NCBI RefSeq assembly: GCF_030013205.1
Contig: NZ_CP122648.1
Strand: one strand, 5' to 3'
Source: Escherichia coli
GTDB lineage: Bacteria > Pseudomonadota > Gammaproteobacteria > Enterobacterales > Enterobacteriaceae
DNA: 64,000 nucleotides
Below the pieces are notes generated by a model that was not told where the DNA came from, did no database searches, and was given only the letters and a program-made list of their open reading frames with translations. Positions 45,840 through 57,276 of this stretch are shown here, piece by piece. The position numbers and the translations under genes were made by a program. The first letter of the stretch is position 1; each line of letters starts with the position of its first letter.

Positions 45840-46532
45840 ATGAAAAAGATTCATGCAATAATTTTATTATCTTCTCTGACCTCTGCCTCGGTATTTGCTG
45901 GCGCATACGTCGAAAACAGGGAGGCATATAATCTCGCCTCCGATCAGGGCGAGGTTATGCTACGTGTGGGTTATAACTTCGATATGGGCGCGGGTATTAT
46001 GTTAACCAATACCTATAACTATCAGCGAGAAGATGAACTAAAACATGGATATAACGAAATCGAAGGTTGGTATCCTTTATTTAAACCAACCGATAAATTA
46101 ACCATCCAGCCCGGTGGCTTAATTAATGATAAGAGTATCGGTTCGGGTGGTGCTGTTTATCTGGATGTTAACTACAAATTTACTCCGTGGTTTAACCTGA
46201 CAGTGCGTAATCGCTATAACCATAATAATTACAGTTCTACAGATTTGAGCGGGGAACTGGATAATAATGACACCTATGAAGTTGGCACCTACTGGAATTT
46301 TAAAATCACCGAGAAATTCTCCTATACATTTGAACCACATTACTTCATGCGAGTAAATGACTTTAATAGCAGCAATGGAAAAGATCATCACTGGGAAATC
46401 ACTAACACCTTCCGTTATCGCATTAATGAACACTGGCTGCCTTATTTCGAATTACGCTGGTTAGATCGTAATGTCGAACCGTACCACCGCGAGCAAAACC
46501 AGATTCGTATCGGGACGAAGTATTTCTTCTGA
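45840..46532 (+). CDS. ompL: Outer-membrane porin OmpL (230 aa)
   Basis: Signal peptide MKKIHAIILLSSLTSASVFA; beta-strand-rich ORF ending in terminal Phe (..RIGTKYFF). Confidence 0.85.
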   Translation: MKKIHAIILLSSLTSASVFAGAYVENREAYNLASDQGEVMLRVGYNFDMGAGIMLTNTYNYQREDELKHGYNEIEGWYPLFKPTDKLTIQPGGLINDKSIGSGGAVYLDVNYKFTPWFNLTVRNRYNHNNYSSTDLSGELDNNDTYEVGTYWNFKITEKFSYTFEPHYFMRVNDFNSSNGKDHHWEITNTFRYRINEHWLPYFELRWLDRNVEPYHREQNQIRIGTKYFF

Positions 46533-46541
46533 TGTGAAACT

Positions 46542-46619
<78 letters not shown>

Positions 46620-47303
46620 TTAATTGTGCACAGAAAACCCCCAGCTAGGCTGGGGGTTCCGGAAAGCTTTCAGCTTTGAGCCAGTTATTAAAACCCCTTT
46701 TGATTTGTTAAAACACCTTGCGGTCTGGCAACTGCAAGTGTCAAACAAGAAATCAAAAGGGGGTCCCAATGGGGAACGAAAAGAGCTTAGCGCACACCCG
46801 ATGGAACTGTAAATATCACATGGTTTTTGCGCCAAAATACCGAAGACAGGTGTTCTACAGAGAGAAGCGTAGAGCAATAGGCAGTATTTTGAGAAAGCTG
46901 TGTGAGTGGAAAAGCGTACGGATTCTGGAAGCTGAATGCTGTGCAGATCATATCCATATGCTTGTGGAGATCCCGCCTAAAATGAGCGTATCCGGGTTTA
47001 TGGGATATCTGAAAGGGAAAAGCAGTCTGATGCTTTACGAGCAGTTTGGTGATTTGAAATTCAAATACAGGAACAGGGAGTTCTGGTGCAGAGGGTACTA
47101 CGTCGATACAGTGGGTAAGAACACGGCGAAGATACAGGATTACATAAAGCACCAGCTTGAAGAGGATAAAATGGGAGAGCAGTTATCGATTCCCTATCCG
47201 GGCAGCCCGTTTACGGGCCGTAAGTAACGAAGTTGGATGCAAATGTCAGATCGTGTGCGCCTGTTAGGGCGCGGCTGGTAAGAGAGCCTTATAGGCGCAT
47301 TTG
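46620..47303 (+). mobile_element. IS200 (IS200/IS605 family) insertion sequence; boundaries approximate
   Basis: Y1 transposase gene flanked 5' by the characteristic structured leader: perfect hairpin acccccagc-tag-gctgggggt (46637..46657) and a 13-bp inverted repeat ccccttttgattt / aaatcaaaagggg (46694..46762) that sequesters the Shine-Dalgarno. Confidence 0.75.
46769..47227 (+). CDS. tnpA: IS200 transposase TnpA (HUH/Y1 family, 152 aa)
   Basis: MGNEKSLAHTRWNCKYHMVFAPKYRRQVFY...HIHMLVEIPPKMSVSGFMGYLKGKSS... is near-identical to IS200 TnpA as I recall it. Confidence 0.9.
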   Translation: MGNEKSLAHTRWNCKYHMVFAPKYRRQVFYREKRRAIGSILRKLCEWKSVRILEAECCADHIHMLVEIPPKMSVSGFMGYLKGKSSLMLYEQFGDLKFKYRNREFWCRGYYVDTVGKNTAKIQDYIKHQLEEDKMGEQLSIPYPGSPFTGRK

Positions 47304-47327
47304 AAAAACCTCCGGCTATGCCGGAGG
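47304..47327 (-). terminator. Rho-independent terminator of yihN
   Basis: cctccgg-ctatg-ccggagg followed on the minus strand by a T-run. Confidence 0.55.
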
Positions 47328-47334
47328 ATATTTA

Positions 47335-48600
47335 TTAAGCTTCAGCCGCCAGCATCTCTTTCTTACGTTGGCTAATACGCTTAACCAGCATTACGGAAAC
47401 CACCGCACCACAGAATGCGAAGCAGGCCATAATGCCAAACACGATTTTGTAGCCAATAATCCCCGGATTTAAATCCAGAATGTAGCCATACAGACTGAAG
47501 CAGAACATCGCCGGGGCGTAACCAATAAAGCTACCCAACGCCATCGCCGCGCCTGTTTTATTTTCAGCAATTTTTGCTTCGCCGATAGGTGCAAAAAATA
47601 CGGCTCGCTGTGTAAAGACTATCGCGCCAAAGCCCAGCGTACATGCCATCCCTAAATATACCGGCATACTTTCGTGCGGCAGCATAATCAACAGTACGAG
47701 CGCAGCGGTACTGATGATAAAGGTGTAGCATAGATATTTACTCGGCGATTTCAGGATCTTATCTGAAATCATGCCACCAATCGGTCCACCAATCATTTTC
47801 AGACAGTATTGGTTAATGATGCCGTAAGCCCCCACCAGCGCAACGGGCAATAGATAGATGTTTTTCAGGAATGGAATGAAGAATGTCAGGCCACAGTAAA
47901 CCGCGTAAACGAAGAAGACGTTGAAAGCGATAAGCCAGATAGTTTTGTCTTTCAGCACCGAGGTCATACTGGTGTTTTTCGATGCTCCGTCTTCTTTTTT
48001 CACCTCAACGGACGGTGCCTCTTCTTTGTCATTCAGAACAAAGAAAATGATAATGCCTACGGCAATCACAATAAGGGAATAGAACCAGATGCCTGCTTTA
48101 AAACCCAATAAGCCACTGCCAAACCAGGTAAATACTGCCAACGCAGAAAATGCCACCACGGTATCGACAATGCCACGCCCTGTTTCGAAGAAGCCAAACA
48201 ACCGACCTTGTTGTTCGCTATTGCCCAATCGACTTACCGACTTGAGCAAGACCGGCCAGTTCATCATGTCGCAAGTAACGCCAAATAGCGCCCAGACAAA
48301 GAGGATGCCCCAATACCCCGGCATTGTCGTCAAATAAACACCCAGTAATCCTGTCGCAATGAGTGAGAATGACATGGTGTATCTGCGCGGTAGTTTATCG
48401 GCAAAATAAATAGACAGAAAAAAGCCCACTGTCGTGACAAATGAGTTTACCGACATAGCATTACCAATTTGACCATTGGTCAAATGGAAATATTCCTGCA
48501 TCGGGATATAAAACGCATCTTTCAGCGACGGTAATTTATAAATTGTACCGCCACACAATGTTAATAGACTAAATAACGCCCATTTCTTTTTCGTGAGCAT
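47335..48600 (-). CDS. yihN: MFS transporter YihN (421 aa)
   Basis: 421-aa 12-TM major-facilitator ORF. Confidence 0.85.
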   Translation of the reverse strand: MLTKKKWALFSLLTLCGGTIYKLPSLKDAFYIPMQEYFHLTNGQIGNAMSVNSFVTTVGFFLSIYFADKLPRRYTMSFSLIATGLLGVYLTTMPGYWGILFVWALFGVTCDMMNWPVLLKSVSRLGNSEQQGRLFGFFETGRGIVDTVVAFSALAVFTWFGSGLLGFKAGIWFYSLIVIAVGIIIFFVLNDKEEAPSVEVKKEDGASKNTSMTSVLKDKTIWLIAFNVFFVYAVYCGLTFFIPFLKNIYLLPVALVGAYGIINQYCLKMIGGPIGGMISDKILKSPSKYLCYTFIISTAALVLLIMLPHESMPVYLGMACTLGFGAIVFTQRAVFFAPIGEAKIAENKTGAAMALGSFIGYAPAMFCFSLYGYILDLNPGIIGYKIVFGIMACFAFCGAVVSVMLVKRISQRKKEMLAAEA

Positions 48601-48701
48601 AACATCCCCTAAGCGATTTTTAAAATCACTGTTTTAAAGGCAATAAGATACCGACCATTCATATCGAATGGTTTTATTAACTGCGTATGAGTTAAAACTT
48701 A

Positions 48702-49682
48702 TTAGTGGTTCAGAAGATGGTTTGCCTCTTGTTTGATTTGTTGTAGTACGTTACGCACATGATTTATCTGATTAATTGCATCTTCTTTTTCTTTACGTAA
48801 CCGCGCATCCAGTAAATGATTTTCTGGCAATGGTGTTTCACTCATCTGGCGATAAGGGATCCACGGATTATCATCTTCGTCTTCAAAGCGGAACGCCGGC
48901 GCATAGTAATCAACCTCTTCTTCCAGGCCATATGCCGTCACCTGCGGCTCATCATCACCCAGGCATATAAGGTGCGTTAATAACGCTTTGAACGGCATAT
49001 CACCCTGACCTGAAATACAGGCTTTATGACCCAGGCCACCCTCTTCTTTAACGATCAAGGCATCTTTGATATGGACCTGGGTAATATGCGGTGCCATCGT
49101 TTTTAAAGCGTCGATGGGATGCTCATTTGCATTGATCATGTTCGCAAAATCAAACAGTAAGGAAAGAGATTCCATCTCACTTTCTTTGACCAGCGACACC
49201 AGCTCATGGCTTTTTAAATCTTCATGCTGTTCGATCGTAAAAGTCAGGCCGCTGTCCTGATACGTTTCCCGTACATAGGCAATGTCGTTAGCGATGATCG
49301 ATAATACGTCGCGCAAATTACCTTCATAACGTGGATAAAAACGTACGGACGATGCCCCAGTTTTCAACGCAATGGCGACGGCTTCGTCAATAGATGCCTT
49401 ATCTGAAGCGCTGGTTTCAATATGAATATCAAGGTTCAGACGGCGGGCTTTATCCCCAAAGGCAGAGAGTTCTTTATCGTCCATATTACCAAGAGAAAAA
49501 CGCTCGCCATCCAGAACATGGATTTTGACGCCACGTAGATTATTTTCACTTGCGATATCAAGTAAATCAGCAGGCAACACTCTTTCCAGCCGCATATTTA
49601 AATGAAAGGCATAAGCATGTAAATAAAGAGGAAGAGTGTCGACACGTTGTAGAATCTTTCTTGCGTTATTTATTGTCACCAT
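48702..49682 (-). CDS. yihM: Sugar-phosphate isomerase/epimerase-like (xylose-isomerase TIM barrel) protein YihM (326 aa)
   Basis: 326-aa ORF in conserved position between yihN and yihL. Confidence 0.8.
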   Translation of the reverse strand: MVTINNARKILQRVDTLPLYLHAYAFHLNMRLERVLPADLLDIASENNLRGVKIHVLDGERFSLGNMDDKELSAFGDKARRLNLDIHIETSASDKASIDEAVAIALKTGASSVRFYPRYEGNLRDVLSIIANDIAYVRETYQDSGLTFTIEQHEDLKSHELVSLVKESEMESLSLLFDFANMINANEHPIDALKTMAPHITQVHIKDALIVKEEGGLGHKACISGQGDMPFKALLTHLICLGDDEPQVTAYGLEEEVDYYAPAFRFEDEDDNPWIPYRQMSETPLPENHLLDARLRKEKEDAINQINHVRNVLQQIKQEANHLLNH

Positions 49683-49689
49683 AAAACAC

Positions 49690-50400
49690 CTACAGATTAA
49701 TGATGAGGTCTACGGCCTCAAATCGCCAATATTCAATATCTATCTGGACAATATTGCCTTGCTGGTCGGCGCGATGCTTTTCAATTAAGATCGCTGGCAT
49801 ACCCACAGAACCGCCAAGATACTTGCTGATATCGCCCGGCATTCTGACGGGTTTGAAAATCAATTTTTTTACTACCGTCTCTTTTTGGTAGCACTTTTCC
49901 CAGACTGCAGAAAATGAGTGGTTTTCAAGTTGTTCAATAAAACCCGGAGCAACTTCAGGATTAATATATGTTTCGTGATAGAAAACTTTATGTCCTTCCA
50001 GCGCCCCCCAGCCGGTGATGCGATAGAGTTCAGTTGATGGTGTCACTGCAATCAGTGGCGCGAGCGTCTCGGGAATATCGCTGGTACGGTTTTTCTCGGT
50101 AAACCCCCAGGAAGGCTCTCGTCCTTGCTCAATTGCGGCCCGCTGAAAGCTCGCTGACAGCTCCGGACTGTAATTAAATCGCGGCTGGGTCACGAACCAC
50201 CCCTTACGATCCTTACGGAAGATTTTGGATTCTGCCTCGAGGTTCAACAACGCCTGGCGCAGCGTCATACGTTTAATGCCCAGCAGTTCTCCCAGCTCTC
50301 TTTCTGAAGGGAGTTTTCCACCCGGCGTGGTGATGCCATCTTTCAACCACCGATCCAGTTTCTCTTTTGCATTTTCTACGGTGGATTGATTCTCCGCCAT
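49690..50400 (-). CDS. yihL: GntR-family transcriptional regulator YihL (236 aa)
   Basis: N-terminal GntR winged HTH (..LPSERELGELLGIKRMTLRQAL..) with a UTRA-like C-terminal domain. Confidence 0.85.
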   Translation of the reverse strand: MAENQSTVENAKEKLDRWLKDGITTPGGKLPSERELGELLGIKRMTLRQALLNLEAESKIFRKDRKGWFVTQPRFNYSPELSASFQRAAIEQGREPSWGFTEKNRTSDIPETLAPLIAVTPSTELYRITGWGALEGHKVFYHETYINPEVAPGFIEQLENHSFSAVWEKCYQKETVVKKLIFKPVRMPGDISKYLGGSVGMPAILIEKHRADQQGNIVQIDIEYWRFEAVDLIINL

Positions 50401-50564
50401 TGTTTAATCCTTTTGGTTTAAACCAGACGAAGCATCTTACGCTTACGCCAAAAAAGAAAGCAATTAACGGTGTATGACTTTGCAGATAATTGTGACAAAG
50501 CTCTCTATTGACGTAATCACAGACTTATAAGGGAGATACTCGCATTGGTGTGCGCTCACGACAG

Positions 50565-50598
50565 GTAAAAAAAACCTGCCAGCAATGGCAGGTTTTTT
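50565..50598 (-). terminator. Rho-independent terminator of typA
   Basis: aacctgcca-gcaa-tggcaggtt flanked by A and T runs, just 3' of the typA stop. Confidence 0.6.
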
Positions 50599-50615
50599 AT
50601 GACTGAAAAACGAAA

Positions 50616-52439
50616 TTAATCGTCTTTCGGTGCGCGGTTGGCGCGGCGACGATCGTTTTCCGTCAGGTGACGTTTACGAATACGGATAGAGGTTGGAGTC
50701 ACTTCTACCAGTTCGTCATCATCGATGAACTCCAGAGCTTGTTCCAGAGTCATGCGGATAGGCGGAACCAGAACAACGGCTTCGTCAGTACCGGAAGCAC
50801 GCATGTTGGTCAGTTTCTTACCGGTCAGGCAGTTTACAGTCAGGTCGTTAGAGCGGCTGTGAATACCGATAATCTGACCTTCGTAAACTTCTGCACCGTG
50901 ACCGAGGAACAGCTTACCGCGATCCTGCAGACCGAACAGCGCGAACGCTACCGCTTTACCCTGACCGTTAGAGATCAGTACGCCGTTCTGACGCTGACCC
51001 ACTTCACCCGGACGTACGTCGTCGTAGTGGCTGAAGGTGGAGTACAGCAGACCAGTACCGGAAGTCATGGTCATGAACTCAGAACGGAAGCCAATCAGAC
51101 CACGGCTTGGGATCACGTAGTCGAGACGTACGCGGCCTTTACCGTCTGGATTCATGTTTTTCAGGTCGCCTTTACGTTCGCCCAGCGCCTGCATCACAGA
51201 ACCCTGATGCTGTTCTTCAACGTCCAGCGTCACGTTTTCATACGGCTCTTGTTTACGACCGTCGATTTCACGGAAGATTACTTTCGGACGGGATACCGCC
51301 AGTTCGAAACCTTCACGACGCATGTTTTCGATCAGAACAGACAGGTGCAGTTCGCCACGACCAGAAACGCGGAACGCATCGGCGTCTTCGGTTTCTTCTA
51401 CGCGCAGCGCAACGTTGTGTACCAGTTCTTTGTTCAGACGATCCAGGATCTGACGAGACGTTACGAACTTACCTTCTTTACCGCAGAACGGCGAGGTGTT
51501 AACGCAGAAGAACATAGAAACGGTCGGCTCATCAACGGAGAGTGCCGGCAGCGCTTCAACGTTTTGCGTGTCGCAAACGGTGTCAGAAATGTTCAGTTCG
51601 CCCAGGCCCGTGATCGCCACGATATCGCCAGCTTCCGCCAGATCGGTTTCGATACGTTCCAGACCGAGGTGGCCCAGCACTTTACCGACTTTCGCGTTGC
51701 GGGTTTTGCCTTCGCTATCGATGATAGTAACCTGCTGGTTCGGCTTCACTTTACCGCGCTTGATGCGGCCAATGCCGATAACGCCAACATAGCTGTTGTA
51801 ATCGAGCTGAGAAATCTGCATCTGGAACGGACCGTCAAGGTCAACGTCCGGCGCAGGAACGTGGTCAACAATCGCCTGATACAGCGGGGTCATGTCTTCC
51901 GCCATATCTTCGTGGTCCAGACCCGCGATACCGTTCAGCGCAGAAGCGTAAACGATCGGGAAGTCCAGCTGCTCGTCGGTCGCGTCGAGGTTAACGAACA
52001 GATCGAATACCTGATCCACAACCCAATCAGGACGCGCGCCAGGGCGGTCAACTTTGTTGATAACAACAATCGGCTTCAGGCCGTAAGCAAACGCTTTTTT
52101 GGTTACGAAGCGCGTTTGCGGCATCGGGCCGTCAAATGCGTCAACCACCAGCAGCACTGAGTCTACCATGGACATTACACGTTCAACTTCACCACCGAAG
52201 TCGGCGTGCCCCGGGGTATCAACGATGTTGATACGGTAATCATTCCATTTGATAGCGGTGTTTTTCGCGAGGATGGTAATCCCACGCTCTTTCTCCAAAT
52301 CGTTGGAGTCCATCACGCGCTCTTGGGTTTCGGCACGAGAGTCGAACGTACCGGATTGTTGGAGCAGCTTGTCTACCAGGGTGGTTTTACCATGGTCTAC
52401 GTGCGCGATGATGGCGATATTACGCAATTTTTCGATCAC
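50616..52439 (-). CDS. typA: Ribosome-associated translational GTPase TypA/BipA (607 aa)
   Basis: [26 protein letters not shown]... G1-G4 motifs of the EF-G-like GTPase family; 607 aa. Confidence 0.95.
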   Translation of the reverse strand: MIEKLRNIAIIAHVDHGKTTLVDKLLQQSGTFDSRAETQERVMDSNDLEKERGITILAKNTAIKWNDYRINIVDTPGHADFGGEVERVMSMVDSVLLVVDAFDGPMPQTRFVTKKAFAYGLKPIVVINKVDRPGARPDWVVDQVFDLFVNLDATDEQLDFPIVYASALNGIAGLDHEDMAEDMTPLYQAIVDHVPAPDVDLDGPFQMQISQLDYNSYVGVIGIGRIKRGKVKPNQQVTIIDSEGKTRNAKVGKVLGHLGLERIETDLAEAGDIVAITGLGELNISDTVCDTQNVEALPALSVDEPTVSMFFCVNTSPFCGKEGKFVTSRQILDRLNKELVHNVALRVEETEDADAFRVSGRGELHLSVLIENMRREGFELAVSRPKVIFREIDGRKQEPYENVTLDVEEQHQGSVMQALGERKGDLKNMNPDGKGRVRLDYVIPSRGLIGFRSEFMTMTSGTGLLYSTFSHYDDVRPGEVGQRQNGVLISNGQGKAVAFALFGLQDRGKLFLGHGAEVYEGQIIGIHSRSNDLTVNCLTGKKLTNMRASGTDEAVVLVPPIRMTLEQALEFIDDDELVEVTPTSIRIRKRHLTENDRRRANRAPKDD

Positions 52440-52590
52440 AACTTTGCCTCAGGCATTAGAAATAGCGCGTTATTGTACACGGATTAATCGCACTACAAAA
52501 CAGGATCACAAACATCCTCCGCAAACAAGTATTGCAGAGTCCCTTTGTGATCGCTTTCACGGAGCATAAAAAGGGTTATCCAAAGGTCAT

Positions 52591-52728
52591 TGCACCAATA
52601 TGGTGCTTAATGTTTCCATTGAAGCACTATATTGGTGCAACATTCACATCGTGGTGCAGCCCTGTTGCACGATGGTGCGCATGATAACGCCTTTTAGGGG
52701 CAATTTAAAAGTTGGCACAGATTTCGCT
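52591..52728 (+). promoter_or_regulatory. glnA control region: NtrC enhancer sites and sigma-54 promoter glnAp2
   Basis: TGCACCAatatGGTGCT (52591..52607) and GCACTATattGGTGCAA (52624..52640) match the NtrC consensus; TGGCAC-N5-TCGCT (52713..52728) matches the -24/-12 sigma-54 element. Confidence 0.75.
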
Positions 52729-52811
52729 TTATCTTTTTTACGGCGACACGGCCAAAATAATTGCAGATTTCGTTACCACGACGACCATGACCAATCCAGG
52801 AGAGTTAAAGT

Positions 52812-54221
52812 ATGTCCGCTGAACACGTACTGACGATGCTGAACGAGCACGAAGTGAAGTTTGTTGATTTGCGCTTCACCGATACCAAAGGTAAAGAACA
52901 GCACGTCACTATCCCTGCTCATCAGGTGAATGCTGAATTCTTCGAAGAAGGCAAAATGTTTGACGGCTCCTCGATTGGCGGCTGGAAAGGCATTAACGAA
53001 TCCGACATGGTGCTGATGCCAGACGCATCCACCGCAGTGATTGATCCGTTCTTCGCCGATTCTACCCTGATTATCCGTTGCGACATCCTTGAACCTGGTA
53101 CCCTGCAAGGCTATGACCGTGACCCGCGCTCCATCGCGAAGCGCGCTGAAGATTACCTGCGTTCCACTGGCATTGCCGACACCGTACTGTTCGGGCCAGA
53201 ACCTGAATTCTTCCTGTTCGATGACATCCGTTTCGGATCTTCTATCTCCGGTTCCCACGTTGCTATCGACGATATCGAAGGCGCATGGAACTCCTCCACC
53301 CAATATGAAGGTGGTAACAAAGGTCACCGTCCGGCAGTGAAAGGCGGTTACTTCCCGGTTCCGCCGGTAGACTCTGCTCAGGATATTCGTTCTGAAATGT
53401 GTCTGGTGATGGAACAGATGGGTCTGGTGGTTGAAGCCCATCACCACGAAGTAGCGACTGCTGGTCAGAACGAAGTGGCTACCCGCTTCAATACCATGAC
53501 CAAAAAAGCTGACGAAATTCAGATCTACAAATATGTTGTGCACAACGTAGCGCACCGCTTCGGTAAAACCGCGACCTTTATGCCAAAACCGATGTTCGGT
53601 GATAACGGCTCCGGTATGCACTGCCACATGTCGCTGTCTAAAAACGGCGTCAACCTGTTCGCAGGCGACAAATACGCAGGTCTGTCTGAGCAGGCGCTGT
53701 ACTATATTGGCGGCGTAATCAAACACGCGAAAGCGATTAATGCCCTGGCAAACCCGACCACCAACTCTTACAAGCGTCTGGTCCCGGGCTACGAAGCACC
53801 GGTAATGCTGGCTTACTCTGCACGCAACCGTTCTGCGTCTATCCGTATTCCGGTGGTTTCTTCTCCGAAAGCACGTCGTATCGAAGTACGTTTCCCGGAT
53901 CCGGCGGCTAACCCGTACCTGTGCTTTGCTGCCCTGCTGATGGCCGGTCTTGATGGTATCAAGAACAAGATCCATCCGGGCGAAGCCATGGACAAAAACC
54001 TGTATGACCTGCCGCCGGAAGAAGCGAAAGAGATCCCACAGGTTGCTGGTTCTCTGGAAGAAGCACTGAACGAACTGGATCTGGACCGCGAGTTCCTGAA
54101 AGCCGGTGGCGTGTTCACTGATGAAGCGATCGATGCGTACATCGCTCTGCGTCGCGAAGAAGATGACCGCGTGCGTATGACTCCGCATCCGGTAGAGTTT
54201 GAGCTGTACTACAGCGTCTAA
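52812..54221 (+). CDS. glnA: Glutamine synthetase GlnA (469 aa)
   Basis: [39 protein letters not shown]... is the canonical GSI sequence, including the adenylylation-site region. Confidence 0.95.
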
Positions 54222-54281
54222 TAGTTGAAGTTGTACTACCCGGCGCAACAACGCCGGGATTTAGTTGCCGTGGAAACTTTC

Positions 54282-54307
54282 AGCCCATCTCTGCATGGGC
54301 TTTTTTC
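54282..54307 (+). terminator. Rho-independent terminator of glnA
   Basis: agcccat-ctctgc-atgggct followed by TTTTTT. Confidence 0.65.
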
Positions 54308-54394
54308 TCCGTCAATTCTCTGATGCTTCGCGCTTTTTATCCGTAAAAAGCTATAATGCACTAAAATGGTGCAACCTGTTCAGGAGACTGCTTT

Positions 54395-55444
54395 ATGGCA
54401 ACAGGCACGCAGCCCGATGCTGGGCAGATCCTCAACTCGCTGATTAACAGTATTTTGTTAATCGATGACAACCTGGCGATCCATTACGCCAACCCCGCCG
54501 CGCAACAACTGCTCGCCCAAAGCTCCCGCAAATTGTTTGGTACACCGTTACCGGAACTGTTGAGCTACTTCTCATTAAATATCGAGCTGATGCAAGAAAG
54601 TCTGGAGGCGGGGCAAGGTTTTACTGATAACGAAGTGACGCTGGTCATCGACGGGCGTTCGCATATCCTTTCTGTGACGGCCCAGCGTATGCCGGACGGC
54701 ATGATCCTGCTGGAGATGGCACCGATGGATAACCAGCGCCGCTTAAGTCAGGAACAGCTACAGCACGCCCAGCAGGTTGCTGCCCGTGATTTAGTGCGCG
54801 GCCTGGCACATGAGATTAAAAATCCGCTTGGCGGTTTACGTGGCGCGGCGCAGCTGCTCAGCAAAGCATTACCTGACCCGTCACTACTCGAATATACCAA
54901 AGTGATTATCGAACAGGCGGACCGGCTGCGAAATCTGGTCGACCGTCTGTTGGGACCGCAACTGCCCGGTACGCGCGTTACCGAAAGTATTCATAAAGTG
55001 GCTGAACGCGTGGTGACGCTGGTGTCGATGGAACTGCCGGACAACGTGCGGTTGATTCGTGATTACGACCCCAGCCTGCCGGAACTGGCGCACGACCCGG
55101 ATCAAATTGAGCAAGTGCTCCTGAATATTGTGCGCAATGCGCTACAGGCGCTGGGGCCAGAGGGTGGTGAAATCATTCTGCGTACCCGCACAGCTTTTCA
55201 ACTGACCTTACACGGCGAGCGTTATCGGCTGGCGGCGCGAATTGATGTGGAAGATAACGGGCCAGGTATTCCGCTTCATTTGCAGGATACACTGTTTTAC
55301 CCGATGGTCAGCGGCCGCGAAGGTGGCACCGGGCTTGGCTTATCCATCGCCCGTAATTTGATTGATCAGCATTCAGGCAAAATTGAATTTACCAGTTGGC
55401 CAGGTCATACCGAGTTCTCGGTTTACCTGCCTATCAGGAAATAA
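54395..55444 (+). CDS. glnL: Nitrogen-regulation sensor kinase GlnL/NtrB (349 aa)
   Basis: PAS region, H-box (..[11 protein letters not shown]..) and ATPase G-boxes; 349 aa. Confidence 0.95.
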   Translation: MATGTQPDAGQILNSLINSILLIDDNLAIHYANPAAQQLLAQSSRKLFGTPLPELLSYFSLNIELMQESLEAGQGFTDNEVTLVIDGRSHILSVTAQRMPDGMILLEMAPMDNQRRLSQEQLQHAQQVAARDLVRGLAHEIKNPLGGLRGAAQLLSKALPDPSLLEYTKVIIEQADRLRNLVDRLLGPQLPGTRVTESIHKVAERVVTLVSMELPDNVRLIRDYDPSLPELAHDPDQIEQVLLNIVRNALQALGPEGGEIILRTRTAFQLTLHGERYRLAARIDVEDNGPGIPLHLQDTLFYPMVSGREGGTGLGLSIARNLIDQHSGKIEFTSWPGHTEFSVYLPIRK

Positions 55445-55455
55445 AGGTGACGTTT

Positions 55456-56865
55456 ATGCAACGAGGGATAGTCTGGGTAGTCGATGACGATAGTTCCATC
55501 CGTTGGGTGCTTGAACGTGCGCTCGCTGGAGCGGGTTTAACCTGTACAACATTTGAGAACGGCGCGGAGGTACTGGAGGCGCTGGCGAGCAAAACGCCGG
55601 ATGTGCTGCTTTCAGATATCCGTATGCCGGGAATGGACGGGCTGGCGCTGCTCAAGCAGATTAAACAGCGCCATCCGATGCTTCCGGTCATCATTATGAC
55701 CGCACATTCCGATCTGGATGCTGCCGTCAGCGCCTATCAACAAGGGGCGTTTGATTATCTGCCCAAACCGTTTGATATCGACGAAGCCGTGGCGCTGGTT
55801 GAGCGCGCCATCAGCCATTATCAGGAACAGCAGCAGCCGCGTAATGTTCAGCTTAACGGCCCAACGACCGATATCATCGGCGAAGCGCCAGCCATGCAGG
55901 ACGTGTTCCGTATTATCGGTCGGCTTTCGCGTTCTTCTATTAGCGTGCTGATTAACGGCGAATCCGGCACCGGTAAAGAACTGGTCGCTCATGCCCTGCA
56001 TCGCCACAGTCCGCGAGCCAAAGCGCCATTTATCGCGCTGAATATGGCGGCTATCCCGAAGGATTTGATCGAATCAGAACTGTTTGGTCACGAGAAAGGC
56101 GCGTTTACCGGCGCGAATACCATTCGTCAGGGGCGTTTTGAACAGGCCGATGGTGGCACATTATTCCTCGATGAAATTGGCGATATGCCGCTGGATGTGC
56201 AGACCCGTTTGCTGCGCGTGCTGGCAGACGGTCAGTTTTATCGCGTTGGCGGCTATGCGCCGGTGAAAGTGGATGTGCGGATTATCGCTGCCACTCACCA
56301 GAATCTTGAACAGCGGGTGCAGGAAGGCAAGTTCCGTGAGGATCTGTTCCACCGCCTGAACGTCATCCGCGTTCATCTGCCGCCGCTGCGCGAACGTCGG
56401 GAAGATATTCCCCGTCTGGCACGCCATTTTTTACAGGTTGCCGCGCGCGAACTGGGAGTAGAAGCGAAGTTACTGCATCCGGAAACCGAAGCCGCGCTGA
56501 CGCGTCTGGCTTGGCCAGGCAACGTGCGCCAGCTGGAAAACACCTGCCGCTGGCTAACGGTAATGGCTGCCGGACAGGAAGTGTTGATTCAGGATTTGCC
56601 TGGCGAACTGTTTGAATCAACGGTTGCGGAGAGTACTTCGCAAATGCAACCGGACAGTTGGGCGACGCTGTTAGCGCAGTGGGCAGACAGGGCGCTGCGT
56701 TCCGGTCATCAAAATCTGCTTTCCGAAGCGCAGCCTGAGCTGGAGCGGACGTTACTGACGACCGCGTTGCGACATACGCAAGGGCATAAACAGGAAGCGG
56801 CGCGGCTACTCGGCTGGGGGCGTAACACTCTGACGCGGAAGTTAAAAGAGCTGGGGATGGAGTGA
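55456..56865 (+). CDS. glnG: Sigma-54-dependent response regulator GlnG/NtrC (469 aa)
   Basis: Receiver domain (VWVVDDD), AAA+ sigma-54 activator domain ([14 protein letters not shown]) and C-terminal HTH; ATG at 55456 with Shine-Dalgarno. Confidence 0.95.
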   Translation: MQRGIVWVVDDDSSIRWVLERALAGAGLTCTTFENGAEVLEALASKTPDVLLSDIRMPGMDGLALLKQIKQRHPMLPVIIMTAHSDLDAAVSAYQQGAFDYLPKPFDIDEAVALVERAISHYQEQQQPRNVQLNGPTTDIIGEAPAMQDVFRIIGRLSRSSISVLINGESGTGKELVAHALHRHSPRAKAPFIALNMAAIPKDLIESELFGHEKGAFTGANTIRQGRFEQADGGTLFLDEIGDMPLDVQTRLLRVLADGQFYRVGGYAPVKVDVRIIAATHQNLEQRVQEGKFREDLFHRLNVIRVHLPPLRERREDIPRLARHFLQVAARELGVEAKLLHPETEAALTRLAWPGNVRQLENTCRWLTVMAAGQEVLIQDLPGELFESTVAESTSQMQPDSWATLLAQWADRALRSGHQNLLSEAQPELERTLLTTALRHTQGHKQEAARLLGWGRNTLTRKLKELGME

Positions 56866-56976
56866 TTCACGGCTTGTGTGTAAAGATTGATTATTGAGCG
56901 CAAATTGCTGGTATTTTGCGCTTTACTGTTCCGATAAGTTCAGTATGATCTTGCCCGGAAAACGGGGAGAGTCATT

Positions 56977-57087
56977 ATGCTGGAATCAATAATTAATCTG
57001 GTATCGAGTGGCGCAGTTGACAGCCACACACCGCAAACTGCTGTTGCTGCCGTGCTGTGTGCCGCGATGATTGGTCTGTTTAGTTGA
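56977..57087 (+). CDS. yshB: Small protein YshB (36 aa)
   Basis: ATG at 56977 through TGA at 57085-57087 translates to MLESIINLVSSGAVDSHTPQTAVAAVLCAAMIGLFS; not in the supplied ORF track (too short). Confidence 0.6.
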   Translation: MLESIINLVSSGAVDSHTPQTAVAAVLCAAMIGLFS

Positions 57088-57120
57088 GTTTCAGATTGCT
57101 GATGAAATGCTCTTTGTTCA

Positions 57121-57210
57121 TGCCGGATGCGGCGTGAACGCCTTATCCGGTCTACAAAAGCAATATTTTCAACAGGTTTTGTAGGCCTGATAAGCGTAGC
57201 GCATCAGGCA
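57121..57210. repeat. REP/BIME elements between yshB and hemN
   Basis: gccggatgcggcgtgaacgccttatccggtctac ... taggcctgataagcgtagcgcatcaggc. Confidence 0.6.
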
Positions 57211-57276
57211 ATCTTGTTCTCAGCACATTGATGGCGCTTTCGTTTTCTACTTTGTAAACGAAGCGCCATTCACTAT

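Noticed and set aside
50667-52160. 497-aa plus-strand ORF
   Set aside because: Entirely antisense to typA, which is a confidently recognised GTPase; low-complexity shadow ORF with no Shine-Dalgarno.
52773-54251. 492-aa minus-strand ORF
   Set aside because: Antisense shadow of glnA; Arg/Val-rich translation typical of a reverse-frame artefact.
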